From Haliotis cracherodii (taxonomy: Eukaryota), in assembly GCF_022045235.1 (NCBI RefSeq), contig NW_027266266.1, positions 46,128,001 through 46,192,000 on the forward strand: a DNA stretch of 64,000 nt, given 5' to 3'. Numbering within the stretch: position 1 is the first letter of the stretch; each line of letters begins with the position of its first letter. A program made the translations under genes and the position numbers. Positions 24,447-37,457 of the stretch are shown one piece after another. The notes below the pieces were generated by a model. The model was given only the letters and a program-made list of their open reading frames with translations. It made no database searches and was not told where the DNA came from.

Positions 24447-25212
24447 CTGTTGTGGGCAGAAGGGGCGAATTTAAGTGCGTGTTTGAGAGAATTGGTAGAG
24501 TTTTAGAGTTGATAGGAGTGTGAGAGAGTTTATGCCTTACGTCACATCGGCAATATTTCAGCCATATCGTGACGATAGAGTTGATAGGATTGGATGGAGT
24601 TTATAGTAAATGAAAGCGGGAAGTGCGGTGTGGAGTAATTGGAAGCGACGAGAACGGGTGATGCGGAAGAAGTGTGTTCAATGGCAAGATGCTGTGGAGT
24701 GGCTGGACTGACTAGAACACCTAGCGTCAGCGAGCAAGGGGAAGGTGTATGTAGAGAGATAGGCTGAGGGTGTGTCATCACCGATTTTCAGTAGTTCATT
24801 CATATAATTTTCACCGCTTGTTTGCCTTATTACCTAGCATTGACGTATCAATCCATATGCGTCTTGTTTGATGGTGTGATATATTTACATATTCTGTTAT
24901 TATATTGCAACTGAAATATTAGTTCTACACATTCAGATAACAATATGATCCTCGCATTACGGTCAGGCAGTCGTCCATGTGTACTCAGCGTATTGTTTTC
25001 GGGACAAAATGATAGCGTGACTGAATGCTGTATGAAAGCAGACACTATATGCTAAGGGTGTTTGTGCGCACAGCCCAGGGCGCAAGCTTGTGTCAATAGG
25101 TGTGTGCGAACATAGCGTGAATGGGTAGCAAAGTTCGACTTTTGTATCTTTATATCAATGATGAGCTGTATACCTGAAATAAAAAAATTAAAGAATTTCC
25201 ATTTGAACCTTG

Positions 25213-25284
25213 GTGACTCAGCATTCTGATGAAACTGCCATGACAACAAAGTATATTTAAGAGGCTGATCCTTCAGTGGTGAGT
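25213..25284 (+). promoter_or_regulatory. Putative SULT-3 promoter: ARE + CARE motifs, TATA-like, Inr-like, donor
   Basis: GTGACTCAGCA-TTC-TGATGAAAC, TATATTTAA at about 25252, TCAGT at 25273, GTGAGT at 25279. Confidence 0.5.
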
Positions 25285-25926
25285 ATCGTAGTGTAACGTT
25301 TGTTGTCTCTCTTGACATGACAACCATGTCATGAACTGAGTGAAGTTTTAAGTAACTGTGAACATAGGTTGTGAACAGCAGCTGGAGTAGGTAATATAAT
25401 TGTGCAAAAAAACATTAGGTTAATAGCATTCAGAGGAGGATGCCCTTACGTTGAAATATAACAATCAGAGCATATTCGGATCCCGGACGCAGTGTCAGTG
25501 TGACTTACCCAAGCTGTGTAAAGAAAGTCAGTCTGGTTTTTTACATATCCTAGACAGCTGACCTAGATTATGTGGATGACCGTAAATTGGTGAATTTATG
25601 TTGTGTTGTCGTATCACCGGTTGTCCCCACCAGCCCCTGACAGCCGTGAGGTAACTACACGCGGACCAGTGAGGAGGCCGCTCCATCCACACGTGCAAGT
25701 ATTCCGATTGAGTCACTGTGTTTGTCAATGTGAATGTCAGGGTAATACTATCTAGTTCACGGTTTGGATAAGGCACATCACGTAACGGCCCGCAGCTGTG
25801 TGATATAAACAAACATCGTACCCTATGAATAGGCTAGATAGAGCAGGACCTGACGGTTGGAAAGGATTGTGGTTAAGAGTAATCTCAAGAACTCACCTTT
25901 ATAGAAAGGTATGGTGCCGTTAGTTT

Positions 25927-25942
25927 ACAACAACAACAACAA

Positions 25943-26013
<71 letters not shown>
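25927..26013. repeat. (CAA)n(CTA)n microsatellite
   Basis: Directly visible. Confidence 0.97.
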
Positions 26014-26190
26014 AATGTCACGCTTGCATCCCAAGTACCAAGTTTTCCGACTCCCCATTGTTCTCGGTGCCTTAGGTTTGGTACTTCCCAATCTGTTGAC
26101 TGACATTGGGATAGTACCCAGGTTGGCTACCAGGAATACTCCCGATACGCCACGGAGGCGGTCCTGTGTCAAGGTGATGTTAGGCGTCAG
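26014..26190 (+). mobile_element. 3' fragment of an RLE-type (R4/Dong/NeSL-like) non-LTR retrotransposon
   Basis: SRLHPKYQVFRLPIVLGALG resembles the PhVhGALG motif at the end of restriction-like endonuclease domains. Confidence 0.45.
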
Positions 26191-26354
26191 GTTTATTCAA
26201 AGTTTGAAATAGTACAATTGTCATTGCCTTTGGTGGTATGCTGGTAACACCACGAGATTGCAAACTGAATATTAGAGTTAGGTTTATGGTCAAAGTTTAT
26301 ACATGTATACATGACATCACCTTAATAACTTCTAAGGTAAAATGAGGTAGGGGT

Positions 26355-27075
26355 ACGTGTTATAATGTGCTACACGTTACAATATTACGTGTTATAATGT
26401 GTTACACGTTACAATATTACGTGTTATAATGTGTTACACGTTACAATATTACGTATTATAATGTGTTACACGTTACAATATTACGTGTTATAATGTGTTA
26501 CACGTTACAATATTACGTGTTATAATGTGCTACACGTTACAATATTACGTGTTATAATGTGTTACACGTTACAATATTACGTGTTATAATGTGCTACACG
26601 TTACAATATTACGTGTTATAATGTGTTACACGTTACAATATTACGTGTTTTAATGTGCTACACGTTACAATATTACGTGTTATAATGTGTTACACGTTAC
26701 AATATTACGTGTTATAATGTGTTACACGTTACAATATTACGTGTTATAATGTGCTACACGTTACAATATTACGTGTTATAATGTGCTACACGTTACAATA
26801 TTACGTGTTATAATGTGTTACACGTTACAATATTACATGTTATAATGTGCTACACGTTACAATATTACGTGTTATAATGTGTTACATGTTACAATATTAC
26901 GTGTTATAATGTGCTACATGTTACAATATTACGTGTTATAATGTGTTACACGTTACAATATTACGTGTTATAATGTGCTACACGTTACAATATTACGTGT
27001 TGTAATGTGTTACACGTTACAATATTACGTGTTATAATGTGCTACACGTTACAATATTACGTGTTATAATGTGCT
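26355..27075. repeat. 32-bp minisatellite (ACGTGTTATAATGTGYTACACGTTACAATATT)n, about 22 copies
   Basis: Near-perfect 32-nt period. Confidence 0.97.
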
Positions 27076-27149
27076 ATCGCAAACCAGTGGACCGTAAAGT
27101 ATATATGACAGTCCTAGTAAAGCAACTCGGAGCACGTTGTATTTGATGT

Positions 27150-27646
27150 GTTTGTTTATTGTTTAACGCTGCACTCAGAAATAAATAAAGTCAGCGAGCC
27201 TGACCGACACCTGATCCACTTTGTTCACCTCGTAGGACCAGCATTTTTGTATGTTGTTTAACGCTGCACTCAGCGATATGCCAGCTATGTCACGGCGGCC
27301 TGCAAGTTATAAAATCTAGACTATATTCAGTCAGCTATATCGAGAGCAAAGAGTCACCTCGCCAGGGTACAATATACGCACTATACCAAGTCACCGAGCC
27401 TGACCTCCTGATTAATTTTGTCGGCTCTTACGATATGCACACGTGTATGTTTTGTTTTTGTTTGTTAGTTGCTTACCGCCGCCCGCAGCAATATTCCAGC
27501 TATGTATTCCGTCTGTAAATAAACGAGTCTGGACCAGACAATCCAGTGTCTGAGATCATGATCATCGATCTACGCAAATGGGTTGAGGTGAGGTGAAATG
27601 GGTTTTAACGTCGCGTCCAAGATTATTGCACTTATATAGCGATGTG

Positions 27647-27687
<41 letters not shown>

Positions 27688-28071
27688 CTGCTTATACTAC
27701 TCCGGACTGATGCCAATTTATAGTGCTAGCCCACTGAGATACCATGTCGCAATTTAACATGAATACCCAACTCAGTCACCGTGTACTGACTCCGAGCCGA
27801 CCAGTCCTGGTTTTAGCCCCTTTATGCCAAGCGCCAGACATGGTAACAACAAGTACCACCTTTAATGTATTTTGGTATGACGCGGTCGGGGATCGTAAGC
27901 TCTACCACTAGACCACAGAGGCGGTTTACGCAATTGGGATACGTGACATGCATCAACCAAGTCAGCGAGTCTGACGACCCGATCCCGTTAGTCGCCTCTT
28001 ACAACAGCATAGTCGCCTTTTACGGCAAGCATGGGTTGCTGAACACCTATTCTACCCCGGATCTTCACCGG
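27150..28071 (-). mobile_element. Cluster of family C copies with a family B SINE (27584-27925) nested inside
   Basis: 12-bp TSD TACGCAAATGGG (27571) / TACGCAATTGGG (27927) flanks the B copy. Confidence 0.82.
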
Positions 28072-28440
28072 TCACACATATATTTTGTTGTAAACATTTT
28101 GTAACCCGGAAACCGCATGGGTAAGTTTTTAAGGTGTTGTCATTTGACCGGAAAAGCATATAACATGGCAAAGTGAGACAATGAATAAACAATAATTTTG
28201 GCAGAGGTTTTAAGTGAAAGGAATTGAATGTTTGAAGCAGTGACAAAACAAATGGTCCATTTCTAGCATGAATCCTAGGTATTTTGATTAGATAAGTATA
28301 TGTATTTCCGGCATAATTATATCGTATCCGGTTTGGGAAAATCTATAATAAAGAATATAACTTTAATCAATCCCCTCGTTATACTTCATTTTCAGACGCT
28401 CTGTTCATAGGATTGACGAATTCGACGACCTGCAGTCGCC

Positions 28441-28612
28441 ATGGAGTTGATACATGTAGCCGATGATGGTGGAGATGAGATGACGCTGGTAAACTACAAT
28501 GGCCGCAAATACCCAAAGTTTCCCGGATCTATGCAGACCAAACCAATAGAGAAATTACCATCTGTTGAAATCCGCTCTGACGATATTCTGGTGTGTACGT
28601 TCCCCAAGTCAG
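28441..28612 (+). CDS. Cytosolic sulfotransferase SULT-3, coding exon 1 of 5; join 28441-28612,29087-29407,29719-29819,30810-30954,31740-31855 = 284 aa
   Basis: GCCATGG Kozak context, MELIHVADDGGDEMTL...VCTFPKS-G|GTAGGT; 172 nt. Confidence 0.93.
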
Positions 28613-29086
28613 GTAGGTAAACTGTTTTTATCAATACAGTAATATAATTATGACAACATCTTCGAGATCAGAAATCACAGCCTTGTTACAATCGCTTGTC
28701 TACATCACGATGTCCGAAGATGGAGAGAATATCAACCTGGTGGCGAATGTCGGGTGTTTTGTCATACAAAAATATTAACATAAATGGGTTTCCCGAAGAA
28801 TCGTAGGAAGAAAGAAGTTGTGATACTGTTATGTAATAATTGTCAAATTTACCCAAACAAAGGCGAGCAGTGACGTAATTCAGATATTACACAGTTCATA
28901 GCTTGTCGTTAACCACAATTGTAATTTCAACCAAAGTGAAACAGTGTAGTCTATGACTTTGGTTTGTTTGCAGGGTACATATCATTATATTACATTACTG
29001 TCCCATTGTGGCCCTACCATTATTAGCAGCAGTAAAACTACGAAAAACATCGAAACCACGAACCTCAATATGGTATTACTATCCAG

Positions 29087-29407
29087 GTACCCACTGGGTC
29101 TGCGAGATGGTTCGCCTGCTGGTGGCGGGACAACTCGACCCTGATGTCGGCAAAGGGTTTCACTTGATGGAAGGTTGCAGTGAAGATGACTATAAAAATC
29201 TCCCTTCTCCAAGAATCCTCAACACTCATGTGTTGTTCAACGACCTTCCGGAACAGGTTAAAGTGATGAAACCTAGGATCCTGTACGTGACAAGGAACCC
29301 CAAGGACGTGACTGTGTCTTATTACAACTTTGTGAAGAAACTGACGATGTGCTACAACTACACTGGAGAGTGGAAGAATTTCTTTCGACCCTCACTGGAG
29401 GGGAAGT
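29087..29407 (+). CDS. SULT-3 coding exon 2
   Basis: GTHWVCE...PRILNTH...RNPKD; AG/GT; 321 nt. Confidence 0.95.
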
Positions 29408-29718
29408 GTGAGTGATTTTCTATCATTCTTAGATTAAACAGTGCACACAACTCATGCAAACATGTACTGTAGGTGATGGTCAGGATCTCCCTCTGACAAA
29501 TCAACACATCAATCATGGTTCTTTACTTGAATGGATGATCAGTATGGTCCTTGGTTTATCAGCACCTTCTCGTTTGAGTTGAGGGCTTTCGTCCGACATT
29601 TCTGAAATGGCATGATGTGAATTATAATCTTTTAAGGTGGTGTTAGACGTACACAACTCTGTAACTCTTCGACGTATACCTGACCATGAATTTGTGACCT
29701 TTGTGTCCAATATTGTAG

Positions 29719-29819
29719 TTGACAACGGTTCCTGGTTCGATTATGTGAAGGACTGGGAGGAGGTGAAGAAAACCACTGATGTCCCCATACTGACGATTAA
29801 CTATGAAGACATGAAAGAG
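29719..29819 (+). CDS. SULT-3 coding exon 3
   Basis: DNGSWFDYVKDW...YEDMKE|GTAAGC. Confidence 0.93.
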
Positions 29820-30809
29820 GTAAGCGAGGCCATTGCAATGATTACCAAAATGTTTTCCCGAAATATCGGCCTGTGAAATTTTGAACTTGAAATGTTAGAT
29901 AATTGTCAGTGATTTATTTATCGTTTCTTATTTTATTCCTAAATATATACGTCCCAGTACTGAAATAAATCTTGGTGTTGCTGGGGCCTTAATTATTCAA
30001 ACACACATGGCAGCCTTTGTTCCATTATGACTATAATTATGATTTAATTGAAATGAGTGTCAAATATTGGCCACTCCAGCTGAAGATGTTGCTTCATATA
30101 CTGTCATGGATAAAGGCCTTTCTTCGTAATGCTCTGGTCGTACTGGGCGATAAGTCACTGTCATACCTTTTCGAATTAATAGTTTCGTGAGTTTTGTACA
30201 ACATTAATCTTGTTTTTCTCAGAAGATGACCTTAGCTGATTGACTTTCTCACTTACTCTTGTAGTTACACCGAAGCAGTATTTACATACAATGTTAACAT
30301 TGCAATCTCTCAGTAAAGAAACATTCAGGACAGCTTAAAGTGTGAGACCTTTGCTTGTCTTTTGACTCCCATTGACAATTTTTCTTTTGTAGAGATTTTT
30401 TTTTCTGTATCCTATCCACATATTCTACAAATAGATGCTTTTGAATTTGGAGACAAATCCAATTTCCAATCAAAAATATTTTTCAGACAATTTTTGCAAG
30501 TTGGCCCTCCAGCTTTCAAAAAACATTGTAAAAAACAAGTTTCAAAATGCGTCTGAAGAAATAGTATTAGGGAATGGAAGGGTTGTGGACCAGGCCACTA
30601 GATGGCATCAGTTATCTGGTTAGACTCCATGGAGTGAGAACAGAGCTTGGGAAAGGACCAATAAGCTTTTTGTTTCCATAAAAAAACCATATATTTTCAG
30701 AGACTAAGCGTCAGTTTAGATATCAGTCTGTTTCTCATGACGTGTGTTCATGCTTATAGTTTCGGTTTGTTCGGGATATGAGTGACGTTTAAGTTTTATC
30801 TGTTAAAAG

Positions 30810-30954
30810 AATCTGTTCCGCGAGATGAAAAAAATACAAGCCTTCCTTGGAATTAGGAGGAGTGATGAGTTTGTGAAGGAAGTGTGTGATCACTGCAGCT
30901 TCGCCTCCATGAAGAAGAGCAAGGCAGCAATGTCCGCGGTCACGTATAGAAAGG
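30810..30954 (+). CDS. SULT-3 coding exon 4
   Basis: NLFREMKKIQAFLG...TYRK-G|GTGGGT; 145 nt. Confidence 0.9.
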
Positions 30955-31349
30955 GTGGGTATTTCTCTCCTAGGACGCTCCGCGGAATGGAACATCTAGG
31001 AACTGTAATTATTGTCTGCCCAGTATGCGCTGTGGAATGATTATCGAGAAAAGGTGAAAATATTTTTCCTTTACGCCCTGTGGAGTGTGATAACTGTAAA
31101 ATGTGGGATAGTGTTGTTTCATGTCAGCTATAGTCATGTAGATATAAGGCAGGTCTATTAATCAAGGTACGGTTACTTTACACCGTAGTAAGTTATGGAA
31201 ACACTGCACAATACTGCTGCATAAGGTAGCACAGGGAGTCCTTTGCAAAAATCACCTCGACTTCTTGACCTTTCATTGAGATGTCTAATCATAATAGGTG
31301 GAGTAGATGACTTTATGGCGATCCTTTTTACCCCCACATTATTTACGTA

Positions 31350-31523
31350 CAGTAAACTACGGTTATAACGAACTCAAAGGACCACATATTTTAGTTCGTA
31401 GTAACCGTAGTTCGCTATAAGCATATATACAGAATATATACAACAAATGGCCGGGACTAAAAAATAAGTTCGTTATATAGGTAAGTTCGTTATAAGCATG
31501 TTCGTTATAAACGTAGTTTACAG
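31350..31523. mobile_element. Tc1/mariner-type MITE, second copy
   Basis: Same TIR and body as 14750-14924, TA flanks. Confidence 0.85.
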
Positions 31524-31739
31524 TATGTTGACATAAGCTGTAACCCACATTTTTTACCAATCATCATATTGTGTTTGATTAGTAATATTGGACATCCCTA
31601 CTCCTGTAACAATTTTAGATAGTTATTTAATGGAAAAGATGATACTCTTACCTGGGTCGAACATTATTTCTCTTACTAACATAAGAATTGAATGCAATAT
31701 TCTAACATGTTATTCATACATAAATTTCTGATATTTCAG

Positions 31740-31855
31740 GTGAAATTGGGGACTGGAAGAATTGGTTCACTATCGCGCAGAATGAGTGGTTTGATCAAAT
31801 CTACAAGGAGAAGATGAAAGATTGTCCTCTGGAGTTCAGATATACATTGAAATAA
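31740..31855 (+). CDS. SULT-3 coding exon 5
   Basis: [16 protein letters not shown]...TLK stop; AATAAA at 32791. Confidence 0.95.
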
Positions 31856-32598
31856 TGGTGTTGTGGAGTGGGGAGAATTGGTATGGCTAGAAAGGATACA
31901 GTAGGCAGAGTAACTAACATCAGCGTTAACGGTGGATGGAACAGAGTGGCTACAGTAATTGGAGCGGGTAGAGACGACTGTGGGAGTGGGTAGAGAGGGT
32001 GGAGTGAAGGGTTGTGAGGTGGCAGAGTGGGTACAATGAAGTCAGAAGGAGAGTTGTTAGGGAGTGGAAGGAGTTGATAGTGTAAGTTGTAAAGGGTTGG
32101 TAGAGGGTGTGTAGTGGTGGGGACGGCGGGAGGGAGTGGAGCGGCGAAAACGAATTACAAGGTGTGGGCTCCTTAGAGTTGGTATTGTGGATGGACTGGA
32201 TGTGCGGGAGCAGGTTATATTATTTGGATTGTGAAGAGTAGATAAAATAATAACATTGGTACCACATTATATGACATAACACTTCAGCAGAGTGCTTGTC
32301 ATTAAAAGTATGCATTACATCCACATTTTATAACTATGTTTTCATTAATATTTTCTTTCAACAAGATGGAGCTGTCTAAAATATAGTCCATGTTTATTCT
32401 GATAAGGGGCAATTGATGACCAGTGTTATCCACACGTGGTGCCTAATACTGCCTGGCGTCGACTTTGATATAAAAAGACATCTCCATTTTACTTTGATTC
32501 ATTATCCATCACTCTCCATATATTTACTGTAATGATACATAATGACTCAATGTAAAGTAGAGATGTCTTGCATCAAGGTCGATCCATCATTCTCCGTA

Positions 32599-32760
32599 GG
32601 GGTCGGTGGGGTAGCCTAATGACTAAAGCGTTCGTTCATCACGCCGAAGCCCCGGGTTCGATTCCCCACATGGGTACAATGTGTGAAGCCCATTTCTTGT
32701 GTCCACTGCGTGATATTGCTGGAATATAGCTAAAAGCGGCGTAAAACTATACTCACTCAC
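32599..32760 (+). mobile_element. SINE family A in presumptive SULT-3 3'UTR
   Basis: tRNA head, body, (ACTC)n tail. Confidence 0.85.
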
Positions 32761-33309
32761 CCCATTTTCTGTTATATGAACTGTGGCCATAATAAAAGGA
32801 ATGAAACTTTTTGTCTGCATTTGTTTGCACATCACACTCCAGCAACAACGACAAAACAGACGCATTTAACTGACGTATGAAGATGTTTTTGACAACAGTG
32901 CATCTGTGTCAACATAGTAAGATAAGTCTGTGTCAAGTGACTCATCTTTTACAAGCCAAACATGGCTTTTGAATACAATCGTCTGAGAAAATGTATATAG
33001 CAGTCATTCAGAAACCTTATGATATCTTTAATAAGCTTTCTACTTGCATAAACCATGTAAAACATAGAGTTTGTCATATATGTCAGTATTCATTCCTCAG
33101 TGAGTGAAAATACGTCATAATCATATTTGTTTTTCAAGAATGACATTTTGTGGATCGCATAATTACTAAAATACGAAAATTCCTCCAACAGTCTCTATTA
33201 ATTTGATTTGATTTTATTTTATGCTTGTATAAACGTGTCAAATGTTTTCTCCACATACCTTTGGTTAGTTTGTACGAGAAGCGTGTGTGTGGGCCGCAAA
33301 GCTCGTCGT

Positions 33310-33332
33310 GTGACTCAGCAGTCTGATGAAAC
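33310..33332 (+). promoter_or_regulatory. ARE + CARE composite motif upstream of SULT-4
   Basis: GTGACTCAGCA-GTC-TGATGAAAC. Confidence 0.5.
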
Positions 33333-34294
33333 ACATTACATAGTTGCCATAATAACAAAATAAGACTACTTTTAGGATATTAGATGCATTATTGTGTGCC
33401 AGTCGTCCCTTTGAACTTAGCAGTCTGTGTTCGGGAAAATTGACAGCCGAATGTTTAGACAACTTGAACGTATATCGTATGAAAGAAGACGCCATGACTT
33501 AATGGTGTACACAGATTCTGCCCTGGAAGTCCCCAGCTTGTGGCATTAAGTATGTATGAGCAGCGTGTGAAAGGCGGGGCCGGGCAATTTAAAGCTGGCC
33601 CTTTTGGTGACACAACAGCCTGCTATACAACTGCTGCGATAACCTAGTATCAGTCAGTCTGAGTATATGTTGTGTTATGGTGCATAGCATTCCGTATGTA
33701 TGCTTTCTTGACCAACTGGTGTCTCACAGACGTATGGTGGGTTAAGGTGGTGGGTCAGTTCAATATTATTTCATCTTTACAGTTACCTTCGGGCTGTATG
33801 TGTGGCTGCTTGTACTAGGCTAGACTTATGCCAGTTTTTGCAGCGCTTGCCCAATGAGACACCATGCCGCAGATTAATATCGATACCCCACGGATATGGA
33901 TACATTATACTGACTGAGAGTCGAACAGACTGGGTAACATTTCATCCCTTATAGTCAATGTATTTTGCCATGACGTGGTTAGAGATCGAACAACCGATTT
34001 TTTCCGCGCTCCGTACATATGCTCTATCCATTCCACCATGGAGACAGTCATGGATTCCTGAGGGAAGAACTCTATGTCCAGTATCGAGAATACATGCATA
34101 CACACATTGCACACATCCGAACTTCCAGTTTATTTATATCGTTTCCGGGTCAGGAACACCATCTCCAATACAGTATTACTACAAACTTCCCCCTCAATAT
34201 ATTTCAGTTGTCCACTCAAGTTAATTATATCCACATTCAGGTGCTCCAGATGCTCTGATTATTGGTGCGAAGAAACTGACGATCTGCAGTTGCC

Positions 34295-34439
34295 ATGGGG
34301 ACTATACATGTAGCCAATGATGGTGGAGATGAGTTGACGCTGATAGACTACAATGATCGCAAATACCCAAATTTCCCCCGATGTATGGGGTCAAAACCAC
34401 TTGGGAGATTACCATCTGTTGAAATTCTTTCTGATGATA
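34295..34439 (+). pseudogene. SULT-4 relic: truncated exon 1 only
   Basis: MGTIHVANDGGDELTL...VEILSDD then Tc1 sequence; FPKSG codons and donor deleted; intron-1 homology resumes at about 34926 and ends at about 35229; no exons 2-5. Confidence 0.88.
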
Positions 34440-34925
34440 CTCTCTTCCTGACCTTGGTCTGTCGTCAACTCTGTGTTGTTGTATCGGGTCCACAGTGCGG
34501 AGATTGTCTGTCTGGATACGCCAAAGTGCCTGGCCACTTCTTGCTGAGTTGCTCCAGCTTGTAATCTCCCAATGGCGTTGTTCCGTTGAGCTGCATTCAG
34601 TCTTGGCATTCTGTCACCGCCTCTACTGTCGTTATAAGGACTGTATAAAAAGCCGTTGATGTGGATTTTTATACCCATTCAGCAGGGGGGCCTGCAAGCC
34701 TAAATGTAGGATCCTGTGCTGCACGTTTTTTACAGGCGGTTGCGTTTGGATGAAGCTGTAAAATTGATCCCAAAAAGCTACGTTTATGTGCTTTGCATGT
34801 GTTTTCGCGAATTATAGACACATCATCTTTCTGTTTGACTTATGTGGTTCTCATTTAAAGTAATTATTTTAGATATTTGGCAAAAAGTGGTTTTACATCT
34901 ATGTCAAGTTTCTTTTTTTCAAGAG
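34440..34925 (-). mobile_element. Tc1 transposon 5' fragment (TIR plus transposase HTH region)
   Basis: MPRLNAAQRNNAIGRLQAGATQQEVARHFGVSRQTISALW...DRPRSGR (ATG at 34609); terminus ACTCTTGAAAAAAAAGAAAC resembles the TIR at 59457. Confidence 0.88.
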
Positions 34926-35229
34926 TATATAATCATGACAAAATCTTCCTCAGGTCAGGAATCACAGCCTGATTACAATCTCCAGTCTTCATCAAGATTA
35001 TCTGAAGATGGTAAAGGCGATAGAACCAACCTGGCGGGATGACAACCATCGTGTGTTCTCGCTTTGTTAAACAACGACGTAACCATAACTTTTTTTGAGG
35101 ATATGGTTGGAAAACAGAAGGTGTAATACAATTATGTTGTAATTGGCAAGGTAACCGAAACAAGGTGATCGTTATTCATTATTTCGTGACGGGGGAGTAA
35201 ATGTTTTACACAATTCATTACTGGTCGTA

Positions 35230-35705
35230 AGGGAGATCAGTGAATCTGCCTCATCTGTTTCATATTTAGATCTATGCATAACGATTCAGATTGACAAAAC
35301 ATTTTTTCCACAAAACTGTATGAGAAGAAGGATGACCTCAACTTTCCAACAGTCCTTGGTGTTTACATTTCACAACTTTTGAGATACAATCGCACATGCT
35401 CTTTCAACCAAGATTTCAAAAAGCGTCATACGACTCTTGCTCAGAAGTTGTTCGATCAAGGTTGCAAAATTCAAGGCCACGGTAAAGCTTTCTAAAAGGT
35501 TTTATGGTGGTAGACATGTGGAGGACATTTCCAAATGTCACGAATCAGTGACAAAAATGATGTTCGACGCACTTCCCTATTTTGACCTGTACCATGTGGT
35601 CCCGTGCTTTTCAGGCGAATCATTGACTTGCCTTTGCATTCATTTGTGGCAGGTGCCACCGATGGGGCAGGATACGCTCACATTTTCGCGAACACCTAGT
35701 ATAAT
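35230..35705 (+). mobile_element. Penelope-like retroelement fragment (RT C-terminal part, decayed)
   Basis: SYLDL...KLYEKKDDLNFP...GVYISQLLRYNRTCS...LAQKLFDQG across frameshifts. Confidence 0.7.
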
Positions 35706-35794
35706 TACTTTTTGATAGTGATTCATAAACACATGCTCATGATATAGTCGGAATCGTACAGTCGACTCTGTTCTATGCAGAAATTGCTATTGGA

Positions 35795-35797
<3 letters not shown>

Positions 35798-35851
<54 letters not shown>
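35798..35851. repeat. (GT)n microsatellite
   Basis: Directly visible. Confidence 0.97.
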
Positions 35852-35852
<1 letters not shown>

Positions 35853-36706
35853 TTCTTTTCATAAAAGGCACATTTTTCCAGGCACATTTTAAAATAATAC
35901 TTATGAGAGAATGTTGAAATTTTCGCACTACCTTCTAAAACAAAATTTAACTGTACAGACGTAGGAAACTGTAAAAAACAATCAACAGATTTCTACGTAA
36001 AAGGTATTTGATTGATTTTGAGGCCCTATTTAGGAGTTGTATCAGACTATCACGCTGTCAGCGCGTTGCGGGTCATGAAATTAATCTAATATCTAAATAA
36101 AAAATATTGAATAGCACATTGCTCTCAATAAACCACGATCTGGAAATAACTGATTGTATTGTAATTTGTTATGTTTGCATTGTCCACAGAATTATTTTGT
36201 TGGTCAACAGATTTAGAGTTAAAGCCGAATACGAGCTCGTCCGAGTTATGAATGACAATGGTATTGGTTATGATGGATGTACTATATGCAGACAAAAGTT
36301 CTAAATGTACACTGTTATGTTTCCCTTAAAAAGTACAGATTGATTAGATATATGTCTTTACCTTAAGTCACATATAAGACTTTTGGGAGCGTCATTAACC
36401 CGTAACCTCATTCCTTGGACAATAGAAATGGAATCCGTCGTAAATATTGTTTAAAAACAACTCGTTTCTTATATTTCCTTTCAATCAAACTCTCTTCGGG
36501 AATTAAATTCAATGCTAATGTGCTTGTAAAATAGAGTTTAACTTTCCCTTCAGGTGAGACGAGATATCCGATTATAGTACAGGCTCTTTGTTCAAGCATG
36601 AATATATTCATATTTTTGTAACAATTTTCTATCTATCAAATTGTATGGTTATCAATTGTGCAATCTGGTGTGAGTTATGTAATTATCTACCGCATATATA
36701 CACAGT

Positions 36707-36707
<1 letters not shown>

Positions 36708-36789
<82 letters not shown>
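36708..36789. repeat. (CA)n microsatellite, about 40 units
   Basis: Directly visible. Confidence 0.97.
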
Positions 36790-36791
<2 letters not shown>

Positions 36792-36983
36792 TGACACACT
36801 ACAAAACTATACTTAAAATATACACAAAATGTAAGAATGACATATGTTACGGATAATCATAGTAATGCACTTCATATTGTTATCAACGTTAACTGAGTGG
36901 CCACACTAATTAGGATATTTCTCCATATGTGTAGTTTACACAAGTACACATATCAACTGTGATAACACCTTTGTCACAGCGAT

Positions 36984-37149
36984 GGGAGCGGTGAGGTAAC
37001 CTAGTGGTTAAAACTTTAGCTCGTCACGCCGAAGACTCAGTTTCAATTCCCCACATGGGTACAATGTGTGAGCCCATTTCTGGTGTTCCCCGCCTTGATA
37101 TTTCTGGAATACTGCTAAAAGCGGCGATAAACCGTACTCACTCACTCAC
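36984..37149 (+). mobile_element. SINE family A
   Basis: Homology to 12716 and 32599. Confidence 0.83.
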
Positions 37150-37457
37150 AGCTGTGTTTATCAAATTACTATTTGCAAGTACATATAAGTTGTACATGTA
37201 GATTTGCTCAAGACAAGAGACACAATACAAGTTGATCATAAATCAAATGTCAAAAAGAATATTTACGGAAAACAGTATCATGGTATTCACACTGTAACAT
37301 CATCATATACTACTCAAAACAAGTAAAAGAACACCCACAAGTATGATATTGTGTTTTACAATACAACCAGATATATTAAACCTGATATATTTTAAGCGTA
37401 TTGCCATGATCCGCGACGCGCTTTCGATGTTATCGTCGCATAAAACTCATGAATAGG

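Noticed and set aside
33322-33335. Hammerhead ribozyme core (CTGATGA...GAAAC)
   Set aside because: CTGATGA overlaps GAAAC with no stem II or flanking helices
36395-36611. piggyBac relic (TTAACCC end; EESLI...VFKQYL on the minus strand)
   Set aside because: Only a short weak motif and no second terminus; cannot be supported without a search
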